64,000 bases of DNA from Squalus acanthias (Eukaryota), in the NCBI GenBank assembly GCA_030390025.1, contig JASTWF010000070.1, positions 496,001 through 560,000 on the forward strand. Reading direction: 5' to 3'. A program made the position numbers and the translations under genes. This document shows positions 50,044 through 64,000 of the stretch, piece after piece; within the stretch, counting starts at the first letter, position 1; the number at the start of each line of letters is the position of its first letter. The notes beneath the pieces were generated by a model. That model was not told the DNA's origin, ran no database searches, and was given only the letters and a program-made list of their open reading frames with translations.

Positions 50044-52498
50044 CATAATAAAGCGTTTGATTGTCTTAAAATGCGGTCGGTGTTAACTTTAAAGAGGGGA
50101 ATTCACGGAGCTGTGACCCGCTTTCCACCGAGAGTCCACATATGTTCTGATATCTCAAACTGATGCAGCCCTTTCAAAGAGCCGCCACAGGCACGATGGG
50201 CCGAATGGCCTCCTTCTGTGCTGTATCATTCCATAAGATTCCGGAAGGTATTTTTGGGATTCATATTATTTTAGAATTGCGAGTTAGAAACTGATCGGCT
50301 TTAAATGTTGCGGCGATAATGATTGAGCCGGGTCTGTTACCGGGTATTGAAGAGCTCACTGAATAAAGAGAGGACATTGTACAGGGGCTGGCAATTAATG
50401 TAGTGACTCTGCCTAGCAATATTGAAAATGCTTTACGTAGAATTACACAGAATATGCAGCACAGAAACAGACAATCGTCCCAACCAATCCATGTCGGCGT
50501 TTATGCTCCACTCCAGCCTCCTCCCATCCTTCCACATCTAACTCTATCAGCATATCCCTGTGTTCCCTTCTCCCTCATGTGCTTATCTAGCCTCCCCTTA
50601 AATCTATACTATTCGCCTCAATCAATCCGTGTTGTAGCCAATTCCACATTCTCACCACTCTCTGGGTAAAAAAATCCCTATTTGATTTCTTGGTGTTATC
50701 TTACATTGATGGCTCCTAGTTTTGATCTTCCGCACCAGTGGAAACATTCTCTTTGTGTCTACTCTATCAAAACGTTTCATAATTTTAAAGACCTGTATTC
50801 GGTCACCCTTCAGCCTTCTCTTTCCCCGGTTTGATGAAGGGTTTTCACTGTTCGATATTTCTAGTAAAAAGGGAACCAATGAATGTAAAAGATTCTCGCT
50901 ACAGAGGCAAGTAAGGATTCCTGCGGGTGAATTGATTTCTATGTCGGGATCACCTCAGTCTCGCTGATCCCAGAGCGATCCGTTCAACACTGGGCGGTAC
51001 CGGGACCCGACAGATCAACCCAGGAGAATCGGCGCTATCCCCGGGGGGACACTGGACAGGGAGAGTCTGCAGACACAGTCTGGGGGAGGGAGAGGGTCAG
51101 CAGCGAGAGAATCAGATGGAGAGAAAGTTCCCTTCAACAAGCATTACCCAGTCTCACTCACACACACAGGGCTGGTCAGTAATTGTCACTGCGCCTCTCC
51201 ATGGTAAAGCGCCGGTTCTGCTCTATAAACAGCGGGGAGATTGCAAATAATGATCTCAGACTGATTAAATATCGGAACAGGTAATTCAGAATTAAATCAG
51301 TCCCGTTAAACGAATACAATCCCGACTAGTCCCGGTGTTGCTGGCGACAGGGAGTCGATCCAACCGGTTGTGTGCTGGGACAGCGGGTCTCGGGAGGGTC
51401 CTCTCTCTCTCCCAACCCAGAGCCGGACACCCGACGGCTGCGATCAAGGGGACAATACACCACAGGAATAAAACCAGCAGCAACATTGAATGTTGTAAAT
51501 GAAGGTAATTGGTTTGGGATTCCCCCGGGGACTATCCCGCCGGCTACGGGCAATCTATTTCAAATCGGGCGGTGCCGACTCTTTGAAAGTGCTATCCAAT
51601 TAGTTCCACTCCACAGAGCCCTGCAATTTTCTCCCTTCAAGTCTCAGTGTAACATAGTGACATATTCAGTGTCCACTGTCAGAACTTCACAGTGCAGCTC
51701 ACAACTTTCCTCTCTCTCTCTCTCTCTTTATCTCTTGCTGCACCAGAATGATACCGGGGCTTAGAGGGTTAAATTGGGAGGACGGGTTGCATAAACTTGG
51801 CTTGTATTCCCTTGAGTTTAGAAGATTCAGGGGTGATCTGATCGAGGTGTTTAAAATGTGAAAAAGGATTCGATCGGGTAAACACAGAGAAACGATTTCC
51901 TCCGGTCGGGGAATCAAGAATCAGGGGAGATCAACTGAAAATTAGAGCCCGGCCATTTAGGAGGGAAGCACATTTTCACACAGGCTCGAGCGGCTGAATT
52001 ACCTCCTCCTGTTCCTCTGTCACTATTTTATCAATCAGTGCTCCTGTGAGGACATTCAGCCCATCGTGCTTGTGCCGGCTCTTTGAGTAGAGCTATACAA
52101 TTATTCCCACTCTCCTGCTCTTTCCACGCAGCCCTGCATTTATCCTTTTCATGTATTTATCCAATTCCCTTTTGAAAGTTACTATTGAATCTGCTTTCAC
52201 CGCCCTTTCAGGCAGCGCATTCCAGATCACAGCAACTCGCTGCGTAAAAAGAACAATTCTCCTCATCTGCCCGACTGAATGGAAGCAGGAAATGGTGTTA
52301 AACTTCATTTCAGCGCAGTATTATTCCCCGAGGCGCTTCAATAATTCCAATTCTGATCAGTTTAACATTTTCGGGGTATAAATAGATCCAACATCAAAAT
52401 TCACAGCATCGAGATTTCACTGGCGCCCGGGAATGAAAACGACTGTAAATTAATAATAATTGAAACAATGTGAATGACAGAATGAGAGAGTCACTTAC

Positions 52499-52852
52499 TC
52501 TTTATACTCAGGACGGTCCCCGGTCCGAAGATGAATCCCGAGTCCCACACAGCACAGTAATAGACGGCGGAGTCACCGGGCACCAGGGTTCCGATGGTCA
52601 GAATGTAACTGTTACCGGAGGCGTCTCTGGAAGGAAGAAAACGGCCTGTGAAGCCGGTGGCTCGGTATATCGATCCATCGGTGTTATATCTTAGCACCCA
52701 GACCGGAGCTTCCCCGGGTCGCTGTCGGAACCAGTTCATATCCTCGCTGCCCACAGCCCCGTTCTGCATCGCACATTGTAACCGGGCGGTCTGACCCGCG
52801 GAGACAGGATCGGATATTGGGAACTGATTGAGGACGGGAGCCGCCAGAACAC
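52499..52852 (-). CDS. Germline-joined VJ exon, IgL cluster 2
   Basis: 354 nt, phase 1-1, open. Encodes (G)VLAAPVLNQFPISDPVSAGQTARLQCAMQNGAVGSEDMNWFRQRPGEAP...YYCAVWDSGFIFGPGTVLSIK. Confidence 0.95.
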
Positions 52853-53006
52853 CTTCAATAAAAGAAAAAAAGACAACCCATTCAGAGACTTGGAGCAAAT
52901 AGGATGTTAATACGTCAATAAACACGGAAAGAAAACAGCCCGATTCTCGGTATTGAACCGATTTAGTTGCGGATAAAACCCTTGACTAAAACCATCCGTC
53001 TCTCAC

Positions 53007-53055
53007 CTGTTAAATGGATCAGCAGAACCCACAGGAGATGCATCGCTGGAGCCAT
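53007..53055 (-). CDS. Leader exon, IgL cluster 2
   Basis: MAPAMHLLWVLLIHLT then G|GTGAGA, 49 nt. Confidence 0.92.
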
Positions 53056-53172
53056 TTCCTCCGGAGATGCGCCAACAGCAACCGCTCAAATTTCCGACTG
53101 AACCGTGCGCTGTTCCTGTAAACTCCGGGACCTGGTCCGGTTACAGTGTCTGCAAACCCGAGTCTCCGGGTC

Positions 53173-53195
53173 TATTTATTACCCGGTATGCAAAT
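53173..53195 (-). promoter_or_regulatory. IgL promoter: octamer plus TATA-like element, cluster 2
   Basis: ATGCAAAT at 53188-53195 (ATTTGCAT on the gene strand) next to tatttatta. Confidence 0.85.
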
Positions 53196-56100
53196 GGCTG
53201 GGAGGGGCCAGGAAAAGGAAGGGGGCAGATTTTTAATTCGGGATTTTTATTTAAATCTATTTGTGTCTGATTAAATTATTACAATCTTAAACCTTTAATA
53301 TACAAATGTTTAAAGGCTAATTGGAGTTTCTGTACAGGGAAGGTTCCAAGATTCCGAAGATTTTTGCGATAATGAATATTTAGTCTGTGTTCTACCCCAG
53401 AAAAATGAGGGGCGGTATTTCGAGATACGGATCAGCTGTTGCAATTCGGCCGGAATCGTTCTGATAACGCGCTGTTACTCTCCGATATACTGCATCAGAT
53501 ATTAAAATAATATTTTCCCACTAAAATAAATATTTCATAATAGACTGCCGTCCGCTACTCTAAATGAGCAGCAAGACAACCCTGGATTCGTCAATCCCTT
53601 TAAAATTGCGGTTTCAATTGACAAATATGATTTGGGCTTCAGTCTTTAAAGAATTTCTGATGAGAATATTCCTGAGGCGGAGTAAAGAGCTAATTAGGTG
53701 AATGAGAAAGAGGGAAAGAAAGCGGCATTTTACACCCTGCCACAGATTAAAGAGAAGTTGTTCTGTTATAGTCTGAATCATCCCCTTTAAAACTAACGAG
53801 AGCAAATAAAACTCGGCACAATATTAATAAAATGACACCTTGCCTTTAATTTGCTGCGGGTCCGATGAATGCGCGCAGTTCCCGTTTTAAACCCTGTTCC
53901 AGTTGAATTATTAAGCGGCGGGGTCAGTTGTTTCTGGGGCTCTGTGATGTTGAACACTTCCCCTGTTTGGAGTCAATCCCTAACTCCCCACACTGAGTCT
54001 TGGTTCATATTTTTAAAAGTCAGATTGAAGCTGGTTGGTGTCAGTTACTTGAGGGCGAAAGAAAAATGTAGCAATTTGTTAATAAATGTGTTGGCTCCAG
54101 ATATTAGCGTGAATAATATTTTCTGTTTAATAAATATCTGAATTGTGTATCTGTGAAGTTAGGTATTCCCCTGTTTCTTAGAAAAACACACAGAGCGGCC
54201 GGAGGGATCCTCGTCCCCTGGAGTAGCCGGCATTGAATTCGGGCAGGGATTGGTTCTCACCTGGACAAGGGGCTTTTCATTAAAGCCCAGGTGCTTTGTT
54301 CTGTTTCTGCGCTTGAACTGATCACTGATTCCTCTGGTCTGTTAGAATTATTAAAGGGGCTTTGGTGCTGTGACTGGAGCTGCTCTCTCAACCTTGCACA
54401 GTTCCCAAGAGCTTTTTCACTGCTGGCCATGACACGGCTGACTGGAGAACCAATCATTGCAGTGCACTGGCCACACCGCGCACTGCACCTTGGGAACTGT
54501 AGTTCCACATTGGGCAATAGTCAAGATCAGCGTGTCTATTGACACCACTGTGTCAGCTCTACCTCACCACCACCTCCTTGACTCCTCCAATCTCTCCAAA
54601 TTGTCACACTGCCTGTCCAGCATCCAGTACTGGATGAGCAGAAATGTCCTCCATTGCCTTTGGTCCCCGCCACAAATTGCGGTCGCTCACCACTGACTCC
54701 ATCCCTCTCCCTGGTAAATCTCTGAGGCTGAACCAGACAGTTCGCAAACTTGATGTCATATCTGAGATGAGCTTCCGACCACATATCTGCGCCATCACTA
54801 AGACAGCATATTTCCACCTCCATAACATCGCCCAACTCCGTCCTGCCTCAGCTCACCTGCTGCTGAAAGCCTCATCCATGCCTTTGTTACTTCCAGACGT
54901 GACTATTCCAATGCACTCTTTGGACTCCTCCCACTTTCTACACTCCATCAACGTGAGGTCCTTCAAAACTCTGCTGCCAGTGTCTGAACTCGCACCAAGT
55001 CCCCTTCACCCATCATCCCTGTGCTCACTGCCCTACATTGGCTCCCGGATAAGCAACTTCTCAATTTTAAAAATCTGGTCTTTGTTTTCAAATCCCTCCA
55101 TGATCTCAACCCCCTCCCTAGCTCGGTAACCTCCTCCAGCACTACAACCCTCCGAGATCTCTGCACTCCTCCAATTCTCCCCAATTTTATTTGCTCCACC
55201 ATTGGCGGCCGAGTTTTCAGTTATCAATGCCCTAAGCTCTGGGACGTCTCTGCCCCTCTACCTGACTTTCCCCCTTTAAGAAGCTCCTCAAAACCTTTCT
55301 CCTTGACCAAGCTTTTGTTCACCTGTCCTAATGTCTCCTTATGTGGTTCAGTGTCCTATTAGATGATGTTCCTGTGAAGCACTTTGTCAAGTATTATGAA
55401 GTTAAAGGTGATCCGTTGACGCTGTGGCTCAGAGGGTCGCACCCTTGCCTCTGAGTCAAGAGAGTTGGGAGTTCAAGTGCTCACTCCGTGAGACTCGAGC
55501 ACAAAAATCCATGCTGACACTCCCAGTGCAATACTGAGGGAGCGCTGCACTGTCGGAGGTGCCGTCTTTTCGATGAAACGTTAAATCGAGGTGCCGTGGA
55601 TGTACAAGAACCCACAGCAACTTTTTCGAAGAAGAGCAGGGGATACCTCCCCGGTGTCCTGAGGCCAATATTTATCCCTCAATCAATATCACTAAAACAG
55701 ATGCTTTGGTCATTATCACATTGCTGTTTGTGGGAGCTTGCTCTGTGCAAATTGGCTAACGCAAATGCAACATTGCAACAGTGACTACACTTCAAAAAGT
55801 AATTAATTGGCTGTGAAGCGCGTTGGGATGTCCAGTGGTCGTTAAATGGGCTATATAAATAGAAGTTATTGTTGTTGTTGCTGTTGGAGGCAGGGTGGGG
55901 CTTAAGACAGGACTCACAGCAAACAGTCTATCTTACAGCAAACAAACTATATTTACTCAGCAAACAGATTCTATTTAAATAGCGCATTACACCAAACAGT
56001 CTACAGAGTCTATTTAAAAAGAGTTGCTTCGAACTACAGCAAACAGAACTCATGACCGAATCCACAGCAACCTCTTCCGGTAAAAGCTGGGTGATTTCTC

Positions 56101-57779
56101 CCGCAAAATGCAGTGATAGTGACACAATACAAATTATGTGAGTAAAAAAGGTTACTGTTACATATTCAGGTGTTACCCAGAGGAGTATTCCTTTTTTTAC
56201 ACTATTAGTGTTTGACAGTATTTATCAGACTACCCAGTGCCATATTTCAACTGAATGCATCACATCGACTCACATAGAAGTAAATTGTGCAGGAGAAATG
56301 TAGCAAAGGGGAAGTGGGCATGTACTAAATCATCACAACCGGAAATTAATATTGAAAGAAGGAAACTTGAAGAATTATTAATTATAACGAGTAAAGTGCG
56401 GCTTTCTGGAAACATGTTGACATTGTTTATAGCTCCATTTCAGTTAGTATAGTGGGGGCAGGAACAGAGACACCTGGGGTTCAGGGACACAAATCTTTGA
56501 AGGTCACAGGACTAGTTGCGAAAACATTTAAAATAGAGGCATAGGTAGCAAAAGCAAGGACGTTATGCTAAACCTTAATAAACACTGGTTAGGCCTCAGC
56601 TGGAGTATTGAGGCCATTTCTGAGCACCACACTTTAAGAAGGATGTCAAGGCCTTGGAGAGTGTGCAGAGGAGATTTACGAGAATGGTACCAGGAATGAG
56701 GGACTTCACTTATGTGGAGAGACTGGAGGGGCTGGGATTGTTCTCCTTAGAGCAGAGAAGGATAAGGGGAGATTTCGATGCTGGGTTTCCTGAGCAGCGC
56801 GAAACAAGGCTCGCAGCCGTTAAACATAAGTCAGGCTCCCAACTGCATTGTGGGAAACTGATTTAAATATCATAATGAGGTTTCCCGCCTGAGACCTTAA
56901 ATATGGCTGCAGGAGCTTTTTGCGGTGGGTTGGTGTGGCGTTACCCCATTGATATATTTAACCCCCCACTCGAATTTACCAGCTCGCCAACGGGGTCCAC
57001 GCTGCTGGGGCATCACGTCTGTTAAGCTGTGCTGGAGTTGAATGTCCATGGAATCATCTCATTACTTGTCATCTAGAAATGTGCCATAAAAGCACCCATC
57101 TCACAGCTGTTCACTTTCGAAGCACAAAAGCTGTTCCTTACTGTATTTGGAGGAGAGATTGAGCTTTATGCATGTTGCAAGTGTTTGGAGAAATCTCTCT
57201 ATCAAGTGTCACCTCATTAGAACAACCTCTTTCACCATTGACAGATTCCTTCTCTCATCTCAAGTTCACCTGCCAACTATTCCATCAGCATGGGTATGGT
57301 TTATATTCTCTCACCTTGATCCTCAGAATCTGAGCACGATCAGCCGCAACACCAGCATCACCAGGCACACCAGCAGCACCTACAACAACACCAACCTTCT
57401 GCACAATCACCTGGTGCTGCACAGGACAGAGGGCATCAGCACCCGACCACATTGCTGCGCGGGACACCAGGGATGTCCTCACTGTGGCCAGATTTACTTC
57501 ACTTCACGCTCCACACCCATATGGCTGCCACATGATGAGCCAGGTTGGCACCACCCCACACCAACAACATAAAGCATCCCTACAATGTACAAGCCATTCC
57601 TTTATCACTCATCAGAATTGCGGGGGTGCGATTATGTTTCACCATTCACTGCAACTCATTAAGCCACTTTCAAAGGTGCACACCAAACTGTCGAAGAACG
57701 TAAAGTGTTGGAAAAAAAGATTTCAATGTCTGACAGCACATTAGCAGATACTTCAAAAGAACATCAGCTAAAACACACA

Positions 57780-58280
57780 AGTTCCTAAACTTGTGTGTTG
57801 TTAGTTGGTATGACTGGACTGGGATAATGGTGAGTGTGACGGGTGGCTAGTGAGATGGGGAAGAGAGAATATAGATAGAGGAGGATGGGTGGAGGAGCAT
57901 GGGAAGTTGTTGTGTGTAAGGATATGCAGGAGTAGGATAGGAAAAACAGAGTCATGGGGATGTGATGAGTGGCACAGCAGGATGAGGTTGAGAGTGGCTT
58001 TGCATTAACGTTTCGTGTTCTACTGAGATCATTGAAACGTTTGCGCCACTGAAGCCTGGTCTTCTTGACGATATCCCTGCTTGGGACCTCCTGTGCATTG
58101 TGCAACCAGGCTGCGTTGGTCTCCTGGGGAGGTCTCTTTGGAAGGGAAATTAAGCTCCCTACGTGCTCTGGAGGGAGTCATGGGAGAGCCTGGGTGCAGC
58201 CGTGCACCTCTGTGAAGTGCTTGTCAATGTTTGCAGCACCTCAATGCTGTAGGACACGAACAGCACAAATTTCAAGGTAT
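57780..58280 (-). mobile_element. Possible PIF/Harbinger Myb/SANT-like remnant (partial copy at 1-160)
   Basis: The translated fragment TRLQWRKRFNDL resembles the QCRKRFNDL helix of Harbinger Myb proteins. No TIRs identified. Confidence 0.35.
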
Positions 58281-60893
58281 ATTTGCGCATGGTCCCTTTA
58301 AGAACACCGACGCAGCATCAAATGACGTAATCTGACTCGCTTTTTTCAATTGACCGGGAAACTCGATGCGCGGGCTCATTATCTGTGATTTTCCGACCTG
58401 GATGATGTCCCCTTTCAATACTTGATAGAACAACGGAACCAGACTGAGTTTTAGCAATCTCTTTCGTAATCTAATCTCAGAATCATGCGTGGCGCTCTTT
58501 AATGAATGGCCTGCAATGGATCAATTTTGCTTTTGAAGCTAAGCCGCCAAAGTGACACATCTGCTCTCACCACCGATCTACACAAGCTTATGGTTTGGAA
58601 TTCAAACCACGCGATGGGTGGTGTCGGAATAATCCTTATCCGTCACTTTAATATATGATGGTGGACCTAAGAGATAGAGAGATTAATAATCTTTATTTAT
58701 CAATACACTTATACAATCTTAGCACCTCCAGTGCTATGAGAATAACCTCAACTGTACTCATAAGTAGATCTATTTAATTATGCAAAATAAGCACGGTGCT
58801 CGTACGTTAGCACTTTCATAGTACGTGCGGTTATTACGTACACACGCAGGGTTAATATAGAGCCATAACGGCACAGAAGGAGGCCATTCGGCCCATCAAG
58901 TCCGTGCCGGCTCTCTGTAGAGCAATCCAGTCAGTCCCATTCCCCCGCTCTATCCCCGTAGCCCTGCAAGTTTATTTCTCTCAAGTGCCTATCCAGTCTC
59001 CCATTGAAAACATTGAGTGTGTCTGCTTCCACCAATTCCGTCGGCAGCGATTTCCACGTCCTCATCACTCGTTGCGTAAAAAACTTTTTCCTCACATTCC
59101 CCCTGAATTTCTTTTCCAAAACCTTAAAGCTGTGTCCCATATGTAAGCTCGTTGGTGCTGACGTATGCTACTCGCAGCCCCGCCTCCCCCACCAGCCTTG
59201 CACATGCTCATTGGCGACATTCTCTGTCCAGTGTTCTCTGGACATTTCACATGTATGATTAACCATATTCAGAATCCTTACTTGCTGATCTAGGAGCACA
59301 GGAACAGGATTAGATTCACAGTGGATTACCTCACACTCCCCCACATTGAGCGACATCTGTCATATTTCACGCCACTCACTGCCTGTACATATCCCCTTCC
59401 AAATTGTTGCTCCCATCTACATAAGTTACTGTGCCTCCTAATTTAACACCACCTGCAAACTTGGATACACAACTCTCTATTCCTTCATCCAACTCATTAA
59501 TATATACGGTGGAAAGCTGGAGGCCCCAGAACAGATCCCTGGGGAACACCACTTGTCACATCCCGCCAATCTGTGTACCTACTCTTTATCCCGACCCTCT
59601 GTCTGTTACTTTCCACCCAAACTCCAACCCAAATCAAAAGGCTCCACGCAATTCCATGTGTTCTCAACTTGTCCAATAATCTTTAACGTGGAACCTTATT
59701 GAATGCCTTTTGGGAGTCTATATATATAACATCCATAGACACTCCTTTCTCTATCTGATTAGTGACCTCCTCAAGAAATGCAACTGGATTAGTCAGACAT
59801 GATTTACCTTTAACAAAGCCATGCTGGCCCCCTCTGATCAGCTCATATTTGCTTCAGTGTGCATTCACTCTATCCTTAATGACAGATTCTATTAACTTCC
59901 CCACAACTGATGTTAAACTGACAGGCCGGTAATTACCTAGTTTATCTCTCCCACCCTTCTTCAATAATCCAGTATCTTGAGCACTGTGTACAGGTTCTGG
60001 ACACGCCATTTCAGAAAGGATATATTGGAAGGAGTTCAGCGCAGATTCACCAGAATGTTACCAGGGATCCAAGGTTTACAATACGAGGAGAGATTACAAA
60101 ACTAGGCTTGTAATCCCTGGAATGTCGAAAGTTAAACGGTGATTTGATTGAGGTTCTTAGGATTTTGAAAGAAATTAATAGGGTAGATGGAGAGACATTA
60201 CTCGTCCGTTGGGGGTCGTCCAGAACAATGGGGCATAATCTTAAAATTAAGAAATCCAGTAGTGAATTCAGGAGAAACCTATTATACCCAGAGAGTGGTG
60301 AGAATGTGGAACTCACGACCATATGCAATAGTTGACTCGAATAGCAGAGAAGTATTTAAGGGGAAGCTCGATAAGTACTTGAGGGACAAAGTAATAGAAA
60401 GATATGTTGATGGACTGACATGAAGTAGGATGGCAGGAGGCTCGTGTGGCGCATCAACAGCGCCATAAACCAGTTGGGCTGAATGGTCTGTTTGTGCTGT
60501 ACATTCTATGTAATCCACTCAATGTCCCTTTAAGTGCTGAGTAAAGACGGACCACTTTAAGCTCGTGGCAGCATTTCATGTTTATTAAGAGCTGTGTTAC
60601 ACAAGTTCCCAATCACAATATGGTCACAGACTAAAGGGAAATCTGTCCCCATTCTACACACAGCGAAAGTTTACACACAAGATATTGGGGACAGTTATAC
60701 TGATAGTTGCATCTCACAAAGCTGGACAATCATTTCAGTCACTTCTGATATTATTAAACATTCGGATTTTGCCAAAAACTGAAATTGCTACAGCGATTAC
60801 ATTGCAAAAAAGGCGGATTGCACACATCGAATGATCTGTTTCATTACATTAAACACAAGCAAAAATTAAACTCCACTGCCAACTCGCACCGCC

Positions 60894-61204
60894 TCAGTCG
60901 GAACACGAGGAGGCGCTGATGGTCTTGAGAAGAGGCGAGCTCAGGGAGCCGTGGCTGACGCTGCAGGAATAGCTGGAGCCCTTGTTCCAGGCGGCGGCGG
61001 GGACTCTCAGGTAACTGCTCAGGCTGTAGGTTTGATCGCTGTCCGGGGACACGGCGCCTGTCTCTTGGCCATCCACGCTCCAGCGGAGCCGCACCAAACC
61101 CGGCTTAAAGCGACTCAACAGGCAGGACAGAGTGGCCGATCCCGAGCCGATTTCTTCCGAGGAGGGAGGGAGGAGAAGAACCGAGGGGCTTCGATCCTCG
61201 CTGC
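60894..61204 (-). CDS. Ig light chain constant exon, cluster 3, with an 18-bp in-frame deletion; VJ lies outside the window
   Basis: 311 nt versus 329 in the other copies. Reads ...VDGQET-GAVSPD..., lacking DSGVST/DSGVTT. The flanking intron aligns with clusters 1 and 2 up to the window end. Confidence 0.9.
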
Positions 61205-64000
61205 CTATGTGTGGGGGGAGAGAAAATTCATTAGTTTATGGAATCCGTCAGCAGTGGGACGCTCTGATCTGAAATCAAAGACGACAAAGAAGCCCGAACA
61301 ACATTCACTTTAAAATAAATTACTGATTAATACAGGAGTTCCAATAAATTCTTAAATCTCTAAGTCCTCTGCTCCCCTGCCAATTCATCTGCCTACATTA
61401 CAACAGTGACTTGGTTCAAAAGTACTTCATTCGTTCTTTCTTTATTTCATTCTTCCTGAATTTTTTGGAAAATAAACAGAAAATGCTGGAAATACAGTCC
61501 GGGTCAGTCAGGATGTGTGAGGCGGAAAGAGCAGTAACTGACCAGTTCAGGTGCAGGTTACACCCCCGGAACCGCACTAACCTGTCTGTTCTCGTTCCAG
61601 AAACTAACAGACCGGCCGTGTATTCACAGCATTGTCTGTTTTTATTTAATTTCCTGTAAATGCAGTTTTTTTTGCTTTTTACTTCAATATAATAAAGCTT
61701 TTGATTGTCTTAAAATCCGTTCAGTGTTAACTTTAAAGAGGTGAATTCACGGAGCTGTGAGCCGCTTATCACCGAGAGTCCACATTATGTTCTGATATCT
61801 CAAACAGATGCAGACCTTTCAAAGAGCCGCCACAGGCACGATGGGCCGAATGACCTCCTTCCGTGCTGTATCATTCTATAAGAGCCCGGAAGTTTTTTTG
61901 CGATTCATATTATTTTAGAATTGCGAGTTAGAAACTGATCTGCTTTAAATTTTGCGGCGATGCTAATTAAGCCGGGTCTGTTACCGGCTATTGAAGAGCT
62001 CACTGAATAAAGAGTGGACATTGTACACGGGCTGGCAATTAATGTAGTGACTCTGCATAACAATATTCTAAATGCTTTACATGGAATTACACAGAATATG
62101 CAGCACATAAACAGACAATCGTCCCAACCAATCCATGTCGGCGTTTATGCTCCACCCCAGCCTCCTCCCAACCTTCCACATCGAACTGTATCAGCATATC
62201 CCTCTATTCCCTTCTCCCTCATGTGCTTATCTAGCCTCCCCTTAAATCTATACTATTCTCCTCAATCAATCCGTGTTGTAGCGAATTCCACATTCTCACC
62301 ACTCTCTGGGTAAAAAAATCTCTATTTGATTTCTTGGTGTTATCTTATATTGATGGCTCCTAGTTTTGATCTTCCCCACCAGTGGAAACATTCTCTCTGT
62401 GTCTACTCTGTCAAAATGTTTCATAATTTTAAAGACCTCTATTCGGTCACCCTTCAGCCTTCTCTTTCCCCGGTTTGATGAAAGGTTTTCACTCTTCGCT
62501 ATTTCTAGTAAAAATAGAACCAGGGAATGTAAAAGATTCTCGCTACAGAGGCAAGTACGGATTCCTGCGGGTGAACTGATTTCTATCTCGGGATCAGCTC
62601 AGTCTCGCTGGTCCCGGAGCGATCCGTTCAACACTGGGCGGTAGCGCGACCCGACAGATCAACCCAGGAGAATCGGCGCTATCACCGGGAGGACACTGGA
62701 CAGGGAGAGACAGCAGACACAGCCTGGGGGAGTGGAGAGGGTCAGCAGCGAGAGAATCAGATGGAGAGAAAGTTCCCTTTAACAAGCCTCACCCAATCTC
62801 ACTCACACACACGGGGCTGGTCAGTAATTGTCACTGCCCCGCTCCATGGTAAAGCGCCGGTTCTGCTCTATAAACAGCGGGGAGATTGCAAATAATGAGC
62901 TCAGACAGATTAAATATCGGAACAGGAAATTCAGAATAAAATCAATCCCGTTAAACGAATACAATCCCGATTAGTCCCGGTGTTGCTGGCGACAGGGAGT
63001 CGATCCAACTGGTTTTGTGCTGGAACAGCGGGTCTCGGGAGGGTTCTCTCTCTCCCAGCCCAGAGCCTGACACCCGACGGCTGCGGTCAGGGGGTAATAC
63101 GCCACAGCAATAAAACCAGCAGCAACATTGAAAATTGTAAATTACGGTAAATGGGTTGGGATTGCCCCGGGGTCTCTCCCGCCGGCTTCATGCAATCTAT
63201 TTAAAATCGGATGGTGCCGACTCTGGACAATAGGAATAATTCCGCATACACTAAGGGAAGAAGTAAGGAATAACATAGAATCATACAGCACAGAAGGAGG
63301 CCATTCGACCCATCGTGCCTGTGCCGGCTCTTTGAAGGAGCTCTCCAATTAGTCCCACTCCCCTGCTCTTTCCCCAGAGCCCTGCAATGTTCACCTGTTA
63401 AAGTCTCAGTGTAACATAGTGACATATTCAGTGTCCACTGTCAGAATTTCACAGTGTAGCTCACAACTTTCCGCTCTTTCTCTCTCTTTCTCTAGCCGCA
63501 CCCGAATGATACCGGGGCATAGAGGGTAAAATTACTTGGCCGGGTTGCATAAACTTGCCTTGTATTCCCTTGAGTTTAGAAGATTCAGGGGTGATCTGAT
63601 CAAGGAGTTTAAAATGTGAAAAAGAATTCGATCGGGTAAACACAGAGAAACGATTTCCTCCGGTCGGGGAATCAAAAACCAGGGGACATTAACTTAAAAT
63701 TAGAACCCGGCCATTTAGGAGGGAAGCACTTTTTCACACAGGCTCGCGAGGCTGACTGGCCTCCTCCTGTTCCTCTGTCACTATTTTATCAATCAATGCT
63801 CCTGTGAGGATATTCAGCCCATCGTGCTTGTGCCGGCTCTTTGAATAGAGCTATCCAATTATTCCCACTGACCTGCTCTTTCCCTAAAGACCTGCATTTA
63901 TCCTTTTCAAGTATTTATCCAATTCACTTTTGAAAGTTACTATTCACTCTGCTTCCACCGCCCTTTCAGGCAGCGCATTCCAGATCACAACAACTCGCTG

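Overview
This is eukaryotic DNA from a cartilaginous fish, most likely a shark, judged from the Ig light-chain sequences and the CR1/L2 LINE, tRNA-SINE and Penelope repeats. It holds three tandem, minus-strand Ig light-chain clusters of the type I / NS5 / sigma-cart kind (L, germline-joined VJ, C). Clusters 1 (2727-6310) and 2 (48028-53055) are complete and in frame. Cluster 3 is represented only by its C exon (60894-61204) and J-C intron; its VJ lies beyond the window. Between clusters 1 and 2 is a ~36 kb block that the ORF track shows only as fragments. Manual splicing gives two convergent, non-rearranging antigen-receptor-like genes with the layout L-VJ-C1-TM-cytoplasmic exons. Gene A (+, 21107-31986) ends in a canonical ITIM (ILYASL). 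Gene B (-, 42591-35507) ends in an ITIM/ITSM-like motif (TLYAHL). Both have a membrane-proximal Cys, an uncharged TM, a ~90-bp V-C intron and an unusual CTC motif in the C1 F strand. Both carry lesions in this assembly: A has a TAA in V and a +1 bp in a micro-exon, and B has a -1 bp in C1. A third, decayed relic (-, ~19200-15400) joins a B-like promoter/leader to A-like TM and tail exons. All exon models were built by eye from splice signals, phase and protein motifs; no database searches were run.
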